DNA of 64,000 nt from an uncultured Gemmatimonadaceae bacterium (GTDB lineage: Bacteria > Gemmatimonadota > Gemmatimonadetes > Gemmatimonadales > Gemmatimonadaceae), in contig CAWFQK010000002.1 in the NCBI GenBank assembly GCA_963817955.1, forward strand, positions 736,001 to 800,000, written 5' to 3'. The translations under genes were made by a program, and so were the position numbers. The notes beneath the pieces are model-generated. The model was given only the letters and a program-made list of their open reading frames with translations. It had not been told where the DNA came from and did not search any database. Positions within the stretch are counted from its first letter, which is position 1; every line of letters starts with the position of its first letter. This document shows positions 1-8,167 of this stretch, piece by piece.

Positions 1-1
1 G

Positions 2-514
2 TCCGCGGGCAGCGTCACGGAGAACCCGCTTCACGACGTGTATCAGCACCAACTCGCCGAGTCGTCGCGAACGCAGGAGTTGTTCGACCGCGCACGGGAG
101 CGCGGATATACCGTGATCGTCGACACGCCGCCCGGCCTAGGGCCGGTTGTCCATCGCGTCCTCGCTTGCAGCCAGCATGTGCTCGTGCCGTTGCAGTGCG
201 AACCCCTGGCGTTACAGACAACCACACAGATCCTGCGCGGCATTCGCGCCGCACTTGCGGAGAATCCCGGACTGACGCTCGACGGCATTCTTCTCACTAT
301 GTTCGAGCCGGGTAATCCGTCCTCGGAGCGCGTAGCCGCCTACGTGCGGGAACAGCTTCCGCGTGGGCTGGTATTGGATATGTCAGTACCGCGAACGCTG
401 GCGTCTGTCGATGCGTTCGCCGCGGGCCAGCCGGTGGTTCTGCGCTCGCCGGAGGATCCGGCTGCGCAGGTGTATCGCGCAGTGGCCGACTATCTCGCAG
501 GACGACTCGAGTGA
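2..514 (+). CDS. ParA/Soj family ATPase, 5'-truncated by the window edge
   Basis: Frame is open from position 2. Motifs VIVDTPPGLG, VLVPLQCEPLAL and LDGILLTMF match the ParA C-terminal half. Confidence 0.85.
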   Translation, partial: SAGSVTENPLHDVYQHQLAESSRTQELFDRARERGYTVIVDTPPGLGPVVHRVLACSQHVLVPLQCEPLALQTTTQILRGIRAALAENPGLTLDGILLTMFEPGNPSSERVAAYVREQLPRGLVLDMSVPRTLASVDAFAAGQPVVLRSPEDPAAQVYRAVADYLAGRLE

Positions 515-1305
515 TGCATCGGTTTGCCAGACCTGTGATGATCGCAGGCGCCGTCATTGGCGCGGCGTGCGTGGACATGTCCGCGCCGAAGGGACCGGCA
601 TCCATCTCGCTGCTGCAGCTTCCGTCGCCGTCGGTCGTAGTGGGCGACGTCATGCGCGACAGCACCGGTGCACCAGCTCCCCTGTCGGTCATCGCGTACG
701 ACGCGAAGAGCACCCCGCTCACGAACGTGACGCCCGTGTTCTTCATTACGGATTCGGTCAACGCCGCGCACCTCACCGCCACGAATCAGTTGCAGGGCGA
801 CAAGATCGGCGTGGTGCACGTACTCGGGCAGATCGGATCGCTGCAGACGCCAGTCGCCACGGTTCTCGTGACATTCGCACCCGCGGTGCTCCAGCTCGCG
901 GCCCCCGTGGACACGCTGCAGCCGCCAATCGGCGCCGACTCGGCGAGTTCGGTCGGCAGCGCCTCGATTGCCGTGACGCTGCTCTCGGCCAATGACTCGG
1001 CGTCGCAGGGTTTCATTGTGCGCTATGCGTTGACGAGTGCGCCAGCGACGATTTCGAGTTCGAAATCGCCCGCCGTGTACCTCGCCGATAAACTGGGGAA
1101 TATCTCAGGGATCGACACGACTGGCGCCACCGGTTCGTCGCGGCAGCTGATCGTGAACACGAAGTTTCTTGCGGATCAGGCGCTGCAGGCCGGCACGAAG
1201 GTAGACAGCGCAGTCGTCGTGGTAACCACGTCGTACAAGGGCGCGCTGGTGCCGGGCGCGCCGCTCCGGATTGTCGTTCCGATCAGACCCAAGCTGCCGT
1301 TCTGA
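511..1305 (+). CDS. hypothetical lipoprotein
   Basis: 264-aa ORF overlapping the parA stop. Signal peptide with lipobox-like GAAC; body rich in Ser/Thr/Val. Confidence 0.65.
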   Translation: MMHRFARPVMIAGAVIGAACVDMSAPKGPASISLLQLPSPSVVVGDVMRDSTGAPAPLSVIAYDAKSTPLTNVTPVFFITDSVNAAHLTATNQLQGDKIGVVHVLGQIGSLQTPVATVLVTFAPAVLQLAAPVDTLQPPIGADSASSVGSASIAVTLLSANDSASQGFIVRYALTSAPATISSSKSPAVYLADKLGNISGIDTTGATGSSRQLIVNTKFLADQALQAGTKVDSAVVVVTTSYKGALVPGAPLRIVVPIRPKLPF

Positions 1306-1392
1306 GTAGCCGTGCGCGGCGGCGCCGAGCGTTCGTCGCCCGTCACGTCACGGTGTACTGGGGCCTTACAGCTCCTGAACGAGAGGACGTCG

Positions 1393-3237
1393 ATGATCAC
1401 GACCGGTGGACCACGCAATTCCGCCCCGGGCACGTTGAATCAGCTCTTTTTCGACGCGGTGGCGACCTATCGTAAGCCCGATGCGCTGCAGGTGAAGCGC
1501 AATGGGCGGTACGAACCGATCTCGCACGACACCTATGCGGAACGCGTACGGCGTACTGCGCTCGGGCTATCAGAAGTAGGCGTGCGTCCCGGGGACCGCG
1601 TCGCGATCTTGTCGGAGAACCGGCCCGAATGGGCGATCGCCGACTACGCGTGCCTCATGCTGGGCGTGACGGACGTGCCCATCTATCCCAACCTGCCGGC
1701 CGATCAGGTCGCGTACATTCTGCGCGACTCGGGCGCCGTGGCCGCCTTCGTCTCGAATCCCGAGCAGGCCGCGAAGATCGCCAGTACACGCGGGGAGTGC
1801 CCGGCGCTCCGACAAGTGATCACGTTCGCGAACACCAACGCCGGCGTGGATCTCACCCTCGCGTCGGTCGAGCAGTCGGGCGCTGCAGTGGACACTGACG
1901 CGCGACAGGCCGAGTATCGTGCGCACGCGCTGTCCGTGCGGCCAGATGATCTCGCGACCATCATCTACACGTCGGGCACCACGGGCGAGCCAAAGGGTGT
2001 GATGCTGTCCCACGACAACATCTACTCGAATGTGTTCGCGGCCAAAGTCGCCATTCCGTTCAGCGGCCACGACACGTGCCTGAGCTTCCTGCCACTGTCC
2101 CATATTCTCGAACGCATGGCGGGACACTATCTCATGCTTGCCATGGGCTGCAGCATTGCGTACGCCGAATCGGTGGACACGGTGCCGACGAACATGGTGG
2201 AGGTACGCCCGACCCTGCTCATCTCCGTGCCGCGGCTGTACGAGAAGATGTACGCACGCGTCCTGGAGAACGCGCTGTCCGGGGGCGGGGTGAAGAAGCA
2301 GATCTTCTTCTGGGCCCGCGGTGTGGCCGACCGGTGGGCCGACGTGAAGCTCGCCGGCGGCACGCCGCAGGGGCTGCTGGCGCTGCAGTACTCGATCGCA
2401 CAGAAGTTGGTGTTTTCCAAACTCGCGGCGCGTACTGGCGGGCGGCTCCGGTACTTCGTGTCGGGCGGCGCCCCGCTGGCACCGGAAATCAACAAATTCT
2501 TCTACGCCGCCGGGCTGGTGATTCTCGAGGGTTATGGCCTCACCGAGACTTCCCCGGTCATCGCCGTGAACACACCGGAGAACTTCCGCATCGGCACCGT
2601 CGGTAAGCCGGTCGCCGGCGTGGAGGTGACGATCGCGGCCGACGGCGAGATCCTCACCCGCGGGCCACACGTGATGAAGGGCTACTTCGGCAAGCCGGCG
2701 GCAACCGCTGAGTCGATCGATGCGGCCGGCTGGTTTCACACCGGCGACATCGGCGATCTGCGCGATGGGTTCCTGGCCATCACCGATCGCAAGAAGGACA
2801 TCATCGTTACCGCGGGCGGAAAGAACATTGCGCCGCAGCCAATCGAAAACAAAATCAAGACGAACAAGTACGTGAGCCAGGCAGTGATGATCGGCGACAA
2901 GCGCAAATTCCCGATCGTGCTCGTCGTGCCAAATTGGGATTCGCTCGAGAAGTGGGCCAAGCTTCACAACATCCTGTGGACCGACCGCGCGCAGCTCCTG
3001 CACATGCCTACGATACGCGCCAAGATGGAGAAGGAGGTGCAGCGCGAAGTCGAGGGTCTGGCGCGCTTCGAGATGCCAAAGAAGATCGGCCTGCTCGAGA
3101 ACGACTTCTCCGTGGAGCGCGGCGAGCTGACACCAACGCTCAAGGTCAAACGGCGCGTGGTCGATCGCACGTACAAGCCGATGATCGACGAGCTATACAG
3201 CGCGGGCGAGCCGGAAGTCGAACCGGTGCACTCGTAG
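1393..3237 (+). CDS. fadD: long-chain fatty acid-CoA ligase (AMP-binding family)
   Basis: IIYTSGTTGEPKG, EGYGLTET and GWFHTGDIG motifs. ATG at 1393 follows a GAGAGG RBS. Confidence 0.9.
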   Translation: MITTGGPRNSAPGTLNQLFFDAVATYRKPDALQVKRNGRYEPISHDTYAERVRRTALGLSEVGVRPGDRVAILSENRPEWAIADYACLMLGVTDVPIYPNLPADQVAYILRDSGAVAAFVSNPEQAAKIASTRGECPALRQVITFANTNAGVDLTLASVEQSGAAVDTDARQAEYRAHALSVRPDDLATIIYTSGTTGEPKGVMLSHDNIYSNVFAAKVAIPFSGHDTCLSFLPLSHILERMAGHYLMLAMGCSIAYAESVDTVPTNMVEVRPTLLISVPRLYEKMYARVLENALSGGGVKKQIFFWARGVADRWADVKLAGGTPQGLLALQYSIAQKLVFSKLAARTGGRLRYFVSGGAPLAPEINKFFYAAGLVILEGYGLTETSPVIAVNTPENFRIGTVGKPVAGVEVTIAADGEILTRGPHVMKGYFGKPAATAESIDAAGWFHTGDIGDLRDGFLAITDRKKDIIVTAGGKNIAPQPIENKIKTNKYVSQAVMIGDKRKFPIVLVVPNWDSLEKWAKLHNILWTDRAQLLHMPTIRAKMEKEVQREVEGLARFEMPKKIGLLENDFSVERGELTPTLKVKRRVVDRTYKPMIDELYSAGEPEVEPVHS

Positions 3238-3260
3238 CGAACCGGCACAGCGCGCCGGCC

Positions 3261-3650
3261 TGTCATCCTGAGCGAAGCTTGTCATCCTGAGCGAAGCGAA
3301 GGATCTCGGTGACCGACAGAACAGCTTTTGAACGCAGAGGTCGCAGAGAACTGCAAGAGAGAACTGCAGAGGACTGCAAAAGAGAACTGCAAAAGAAGAC
3401 TGGAAAAGGGAACTGCAAGAGAGAACTGCAAGCGTACGGAAGAGGGAAGCGCGTATCGGTGGAATGAACTGTGATTGCCGAGTCCACAATCATTCCGCCT
3501 ATATCGTTGATGATCCCGACCTGGGCGATACCATCGGAGCGTCACGGCATCATCCACGACTTCCTGGCGAGACAATCCTTCACGGTCCTCTGCAGTTCTC
3601 TCTTTGCAGTTCTCTGCGACCTCTGCGTTCAAAGGCTGTTCTGTCGGTCA
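3261..3650. mobile_element. palindromic element copy A (non-autonomous, GxxExxY-deletion derivative)
   Basis: Two TGTCATCCTGAGCGAAGC units at the left end. Inverted arms 3310-3374 / 3585-3650 (1 mismatch, 1 gap). AACTGC tandem array. Core matches the 5' end of the GxxExxY gene (MIVDSAITVHS on the minus strand). Confidence 0.8.
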
Positions 3651-4286
3651 GTTCGACAGTCCCTTGGGCCGGCGCGCGAGCGGTACGGGTCGGCTGATCA
3701 CCCCGGCGGGGGCCTCGGCTACCCAGACATCGTTGTCGCGGGCGATCTCCATGAGATCGGCGGGCACGGGCATAGCCGTAGGTCCAAGCATACGGCCGCC
3801 CGGCTTGAGACTCGCACGCAACGACGCGATCATGGCGCTATCCGCCGCTGCGTCAACGGCAACGCCGTCCGCAGTGCCCGGCGCCACCGGCAAGCTATGT
3901 GATAAGACGATGGACACACCGTCGCCACTCACGACGCCGTCAGGCGGGTTGATCAGCAGCAGCTGGGCCGGCGACAGCCCACGCATGATCGGCGCTTGCA
4001 CGCCCCACGCTCCATGCAGCACGGCAGTCATGCGCGCCTCCGTGAGACCGAGCGCTGCGGCCAGGCGCATCGCGTCTGCCTCGGACGGATCGCTCCACGG
4101 AGCCCGGGGCACCGCCGGTGCGAATTCGACGATGCCGTGGTGAATCGGGTATTCGGCGAGACACGTGGGGCACCCGAGCGTACCCTCCTGAATGTCGCGA
4201 TCCTCGATGCGGTCCATCGACGCGACGAGCCATGTTTCCTCATGCACATTGAGACAACGAAGGAGGTCGACGAGCGGAATGAACAC
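3648..4286 (-). CDS. hypothetical protein: Trm112-like N-terminus plus degenerate methyltransferase-like C-terminus
   Basis: LLRC...EGTLGCPTCLAEYPIHHGI resembles Trm112; LRASLKPGGRML resembles a methyltransferase post-motif. GTG start at 4286. Confidence 0.55.
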   Translation of the reverse strand: MFIPLVDLLRCLNVHEETWLVASMDRIEDRDIQEGTLGCPTCLAEYPIHHGIVEFAPAVPRAPWSDPSEADAMRLAAALGLTEARMTAVLHGAWGVQAPIMRGLSPAQLLLINPPDGVVSGDGVSIVLSHSLPVAPGTADGVAVDAAADSAMIASLRASLKPGGRMLGPTAMPVPADLMEIARDNDVWVAEAPAGVISRPVPLARRPKGLSN

Positions 4287-4294
4287 GGTTCGGC

Positions 4295-5017
4295 TCAGCT
4301 GTGGGAAAGGCGAAGCTCGTCGACGTTCACGTCGTCCGGCTGCATGACCACGTAGCGGACGGCCGCGCCGACCGCCTCGGGCGAGAGCATCTGGCGCCGG
4401 GGCGTGAAGCCCGGTCGGACATCCGGATCGAACGCGTCCCAGAGCGCCGTGTCCACCGGCCCGGGCGAGACCAGCGTGGCACGCACGCCGCTGCCTCGCA
4501 GCTCGGCGCGCAGCACCTCGTGCAATGCCCGCACGCCGAACTTGCTCGCGGCATACGCGCCGTTCTCCGGAAACGTGGTGCGGTCGGCGACCGAACCGAT
4601 CGTGATCACGTGCCCGCTCTTGCGTGCTCGCATCTCGCTCAGAAACTCGTGAACGAGCAGAAAGGGCGCCACGAGATTCACATCGAGCGCGCCTCGCAAC
4701 GCGTCGGCAGATGTCTGTTCTACCGTGGCGAGCACAAAGCGCCCGGCATTGTTGACCAGTACATCCGGCGCGCCGCTGCACATGACGCGAATATCAGCGG
4801 CGGCGCGGTGCACCTCGCGTTCATCGGCGACGTCGCACGGGAGCGGCACGGCGCTCGCGCCGAGCGCGTTGGCGTGCGCGCGCAACGCGTCGCGGGAGCG
4901 TGCCAGCATGATCACGCGCAGTCCGGCGTCGACGAGCGCGCGCGCGATCTCGAGGCCGATGCCGCGCGATGCGCCGGTCACCACGGCCGTGCGGCTCGTG
5001 GGAAGGGGTGTCGTCAT
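4295..5017 (-). CDS. short-chain dehydrogenase/reductase (SDR)
   Basis: VVTGASRGIG, LVNNAG and YAASK motifs. Start overlaps the stop of the upstream PTPS gene. Confidence 0.9.
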   Translation of the reverse strand: MTTPLPTSRTAVVTGASRGIGLEIARALVDAGLRVIMLARSRDALRAHANALGASAVPLPCDVADEREVHRAAADIRVMCSGAPDVLVNNAGRFVLATVEQTSADALRGALDVNLVAPFLLVHEFLSEMRARKSGHVITIGSVADRTTFPENGAYAASKFGVRALHEVLRAELRGSGVRATLVSPGPVDTALWDAFDPDVRPGFTPRRQMLSPEAVGAAVRYVVMQPDDVNVDELRLSHS

Positions 5018-5427
5018 CGACCGTCGTATTCCGCGTAGTTGTTCGGCGTCTCCCACAACACGAGACGGGTGAGCCGCGCGGGTCCGATGGCGGGCTCGAG
5101 CACGCGCCACATCGCGACGACGATGTTTTCCGTCGTTGGAATGACGTTGCGCATGAAATCGACTTCAAGGTTGAAGTTCTTGTGGTCCACCTTGTCGACC
5201 ACTTCGCGCTCGATGATCGCTTTCAACGCGCGCAGATCGATGACGTAGCCGGTCTTCTCGTCGACCGGTCCCGTGATCGACACGTCGAGCATGTAGTTGT
5301 GCCCGTGCCAGTTCGGGTTGTTGCACTTTCCGAATAGCGCCGCGTTCTCCGCATCGGACAGCGCGGGGTTGTGGACGCGGTGCGCCGCGTTGAAGAGCAT
5401 GCGCTTGGTGATCGTGACGTTCGGCAT
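5014..5427 (-). CDS. 6-pyruvoyl-tetrahydropterin synthase (PTPS/QueD family, CX5HGH type)
   Basis: FNAAHR, GKCNNPNWHGHNY, DHKNFN, TTENI and WETPNN motifs. Confidence 0.9.
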   Translation of the reverse strand: MPNVTITKRMLFNAAHRVHNPALSDAENAALFGKCNNPNWHGHNYMLDVSITGPVDEKTGYVIDLRALKAIIEREVVDKVDHKNFNLEVDFMRNVIPTTENIVVAMWRVLEPAIGPARLTRLVLWETPNNYAEYDGR

Positions 5428-5460
5428 GCGCGGTCGACGGTTCAGGGATTACCGGAACGA

Positions 5461-5495
5461 AAGAACGAGCCCCGTGGGGTTAACCACGGGGCTCG
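5461..5495 (-). terminator. intrinsic terminator-like hairpin upstream of the PTPS gene
   Basis: 12-bp perfect stem CGAGCCCCGTGG / CCACGGGGCTCG (5466-5495), followed by TTCTTT on the minus strand. Confidence 0.55.
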
Positions 5496-5715
5496 AAAAT
5501 TCGGTCCGGAGAGGGTTTTGTGAAGCCCAGTCGAATAATGAGGCCCTCACCATCAACCTTCCGCCTTCCCCCGCACTGGGGGCATGACGTCGGTGATAGA
5601 TTATCGAACCCACCCGGTGGACTTGTTGGCTCAAAAACGGTTTTCTCCGTCCCGAGTAGCTTGCTTCTGTCGTCCTGAAACGCAACTTATAGCCCAACAA
5701 AGGACAGGTCAATAA

Positions 5716-5883
5716 ATGGATATCGGCTTGCTCGTAGGCATTGCGCTGGTGGTGATTTGGGGAATTGGCGCCTTGCTATTTAATGGTCCCGGGTGGATAC
5801 ATCTGCTGCTCACCGCAGGCGTGTTCATCATCATCTGGCGAATCGTCGTGCGCGGCGACCGCCGACATCCGGCGTCCAAGTAG
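5716..5883 (+). CDS. small membrane protein (lmo0937/DUF5670-like), not in the ORF track
   Basis: 55 aa, MDIGLLVGIALVVIWGIGALLFNGPGWIHLLLTAGVFIIIWRIVVRGDRRHPASK. Two hydrophobic helices with a G-W-I-H-L-L motif; AGGA/AGGT upstream. Confidence 0.75.
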   Translation: MDIGLLVGIALVVIWGIGALLFNGPGWIHLLLTAGVFIIIWRIVVRGDRRHPASK

Positions 5884-5902
5884 CCTCTGCGCCGTGCGCC
5901 GC

Positions 5903-7135
5903 TCAGCGCACGACGAGAATGAGTGTCATGATACCCCAGAGTAGAGTCAGGAGTGTCACCGGCACTCCCGCCTTGAGATAGTCGCCGAAGCTCATCCGTT
6001 CACCGCGCGCCTCCGCTCGCTCGGCGACGATCAAGTTCGCCATCGACCCGAGCAGCGTGAGATTGCCGGCGAATGTCGAACTCATCGCCATCACGAGCCA
6101 GACGAATGTCGGCGCCGCGACTTTCGGCACCACCGGAAGCCAGAGAATCACCGCCGGCACATTCGACACGATATTGGAGAGCGCTACCATCGCGGTCGAC
6201 GTCACGATCGCGTCGTGCACCGCCGCACCATGCAATTGCGCACCGGCGGCCGAGGTGAGCGACGCGACGACCGGCAGATCCCGCGCGCCGCGCATCACCA
6301 CGAACAACGCGCCAAAGAAGAGGAGCAACGACCACTCCACCTTCGCGAACGCTTCCGCCGGATCGCGTTGGGCAATTGCCACGAGGATTGCCGCCGCCGT
6401 GATCGCCACCAGCGGGAGCGATAAGCCGGCGAGCCAGCAGACGAGCGCGCCCGTGAACACGGCCAGCGACCGCATGACGAGTGTCCGATCGAATGGCGCA
6501 TCCGGCACGATCGCATGCTTGGGTAATGACACGCGCAGCGCGTCGCGATGCAGCCACGCCAGTACGCCAAACACGATCGCCAATCCGCCGAGCGACGGCA
6601 GCGCCAGCGACACGACGAAACGCGCGAACTGAATTCCGCTCGCCACGCCGATCAGCATGTTCTGCGGATTGCCCATTGGCGTCATGGCGCTGCCCACATT
6701 TGAACCCAGCGCAATCGCCAACAAGAATGGAAGCGGTCGAACGCCAAGCGGCCGCAGCACCGCCAGGATCAACGGCGTGAAGATCAGGCAAATCGTATCG
6801 TTCACGAAGAACGCCGACAACAGTCCGCTCGCGAATACGACGGCGGCGAGCAACGTGCGCGCCGATCCCGCACGCACGACGATATGCCGGGCCGCCCACT
6901 CGAAAAAGCCGCCGGCTTCGAGGAAGCCGGTCATCAGGAGCACACCGAGCAGGAACACCATGACGTCGAGGTCGATCGCCGCGTATGCATCGTGCAGCGG
7001 CAACCCGCCAAGCGTCACCATCGCCACCGCACCGAGCAATGCGGCGGCCGGTCGGTTCAGACGGAGAAACGGCACCTGCTGGATGGCGATCAGCAGGTAC
7101 GTGACGACGAGAATGACGAGTCGTGTGGTCGCCAA
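5903..7135 (-). CDS. ArsB/NhaD (CitMHS/SLC13-like) anion permease
   Basis: Highly hydrophobic; SAFFVNDT, SNVGSAMTPMGNPQN, SNIVSNVPA and STFAGNLTLLGSMANLIV motifs. Confidence 0.85.
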   Translation of the reverse strand: MATTRLVILVVTYLLIAIQQVPFLRLNRPAAALLGAVAMVTLGGLPLHDAYAAIDLDVMVFLLGVLLMTGFLEAGGFFEWAARHIVVRAGSARTLLAAVVFASGLLSAFFVNDTICLIFTPLILAVLRPLGVRPLPFLLAIALGSNVGSAMTPMGNPQNMLIGVASGIQFARFVVSLALPSLGGLAIVFGVLAWLHRDALRVSLPKHAIVPDAPFDRTLVMRSLAVFTGALVCWLAGLSLPLVAITAAAILVAIAQRDPAEAFAKVEWSLLLFFGALFVVMRGARDLPVVASLTSAAGAQLHGAAVHDAIVTSTAMVALSNIVSNVPAVILWLPVVPKVAAPTFVWLVMAMSSTFAGNLTLLGSMANLIVAERAEARGERMSFGDYLKAGVPVTLLTLLWGIMTLILVVR

Positions 7136-7198
7136 CTGGTGCTAATGGCCTTCGCGAAGGTTCGGTGACACGGGGGACACGGGTTACATGGGGGATGG

Positions 7199-7773
7199 GA
7201 CACGAGACACGCGAAGCGCTGTCATCCTGAGCGAAGCGAAGGATCTCTGGGAACGATAGACCAGCTTCTGAACGCAGAGGTCGCAGAGAACTGCAGGAGA
7301 ACTGCAAGAGAGAACTGCAAGAGAGAACTGCAAGAGCGAACTGCAAGAGCGAACTGCAAGAGCGAACTGCAAGAGAACTGGAAAAGGGAACGGCAAAGAC
7401 AACTGTAAGCGTACGGAGGACGGAAGCGCGTATCAGTGGAATGAACCGTGAATGCCAAGTCCACAATCATTCCGCCTGCAGCGTCAATGATCCCGACCTG
7501 GGCGATACCATCGGAGCGTCACGACGACATCAGCCCAGTCTTCCAGGCGAGACAATCCTTCGCAGTCCTCTGCAGTTCTCTTGCAGTTCTCTTCTCTGCG
7601 ACCTCTGCGTTCAAAAGCTGGTCTATCGTTCCCAGAGATCCTTCGCTTCGCTCAGGATGACAAGCTTCGCTCAGGATGACAAGCTTCGCTCTGGATGACA
7701 AGCTTCGCTCTGGATGACAGCGCTTCGCTCCGGATGACAGCGCTTCTCGTGTCTCGTGTCTCGTGTCTCGTGT
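7199..7773. mobile_element. palindromic element copy B (non-autonomous, GxxExxY-deletion derivative)
   Basis: 71-bp inverted arms 7220-7290 / 7592-7662 with 1 mismatch. About 10 AACTGC-type units, five 19-20 bp REP-half tandem units at 7645-7741, outer GACACGA/TCGTGTC 7-mers, and a GxxExxY 5' remnant. Confidence 0.85.
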
Positions 7774-8166
7774 TCAGGGCGGATCGCGAACGAACGCGCT
7801 GCTCTGATTCATTACCTGGGCGATTCTGAACTCGACGACCTGCCCGGGGTCAACGGTCAACCCGGACGTGACGGCGTTGCCGCGTCCACCGATGGGTGTC
7901 GCGACGATCACGACCTGCTGACCGTATACCAGCGACCAGGGCACCGAAAAACTGCCGGTCGAGTTTCCGTTGACCGAACCAAGCCGCCGCGACATGCTGC
8001 TCGCCACGAATGACAGATTCATGGCCAGAAAATTTTCGTTCTTTACATGCACGGTGATCGGTTCCGGGAGCGGCTCCTCATCCACACCCGGCTGATGCCG
8101 CGAACAGGCCGCAAGCGCCACGATCATGGCGATCGCCAACCGCCGAGGCGTGCGCCGCCGCATCAT
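7774..8166 (-). CDS. hypothetical lipoprotein
   Basis: MMRRRTPRRLAIAMIVALAAC is a basic-hydrophobic signal with a lipobox. Confidence 0.7.
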   Translation of the reverse strand: MMRRRTPRRLAIAMIVALAACSRHQPGVDEEPLPEPITVHVKNENFLAMNLSFVASSMSRRLGSVNGNSTGSFSVPWSLVYGQQVVIVATPIGGRGNAVTSGLTVDPGQVVEFRIAQVMNQSSAFVRDPP

Positions 8167-8167
8167 G

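Noticed and set aside
3193..3697. Short ORFs over the repeat elements (CSSLLQF-rich; also at 7184-7701 and 20635-21080)
   Set aside because: They are translations of the repeats and the gene remnant. The recurring MIVDSAITVHS peptide is best explained as a GxxExxY fragment, though translation cannot be excluded.
7287..7745. CRISPR array
   Set aside because: Repeats are head-to-tail with no unique spacers, units are only 10-20 bp, and no cas genes are present.
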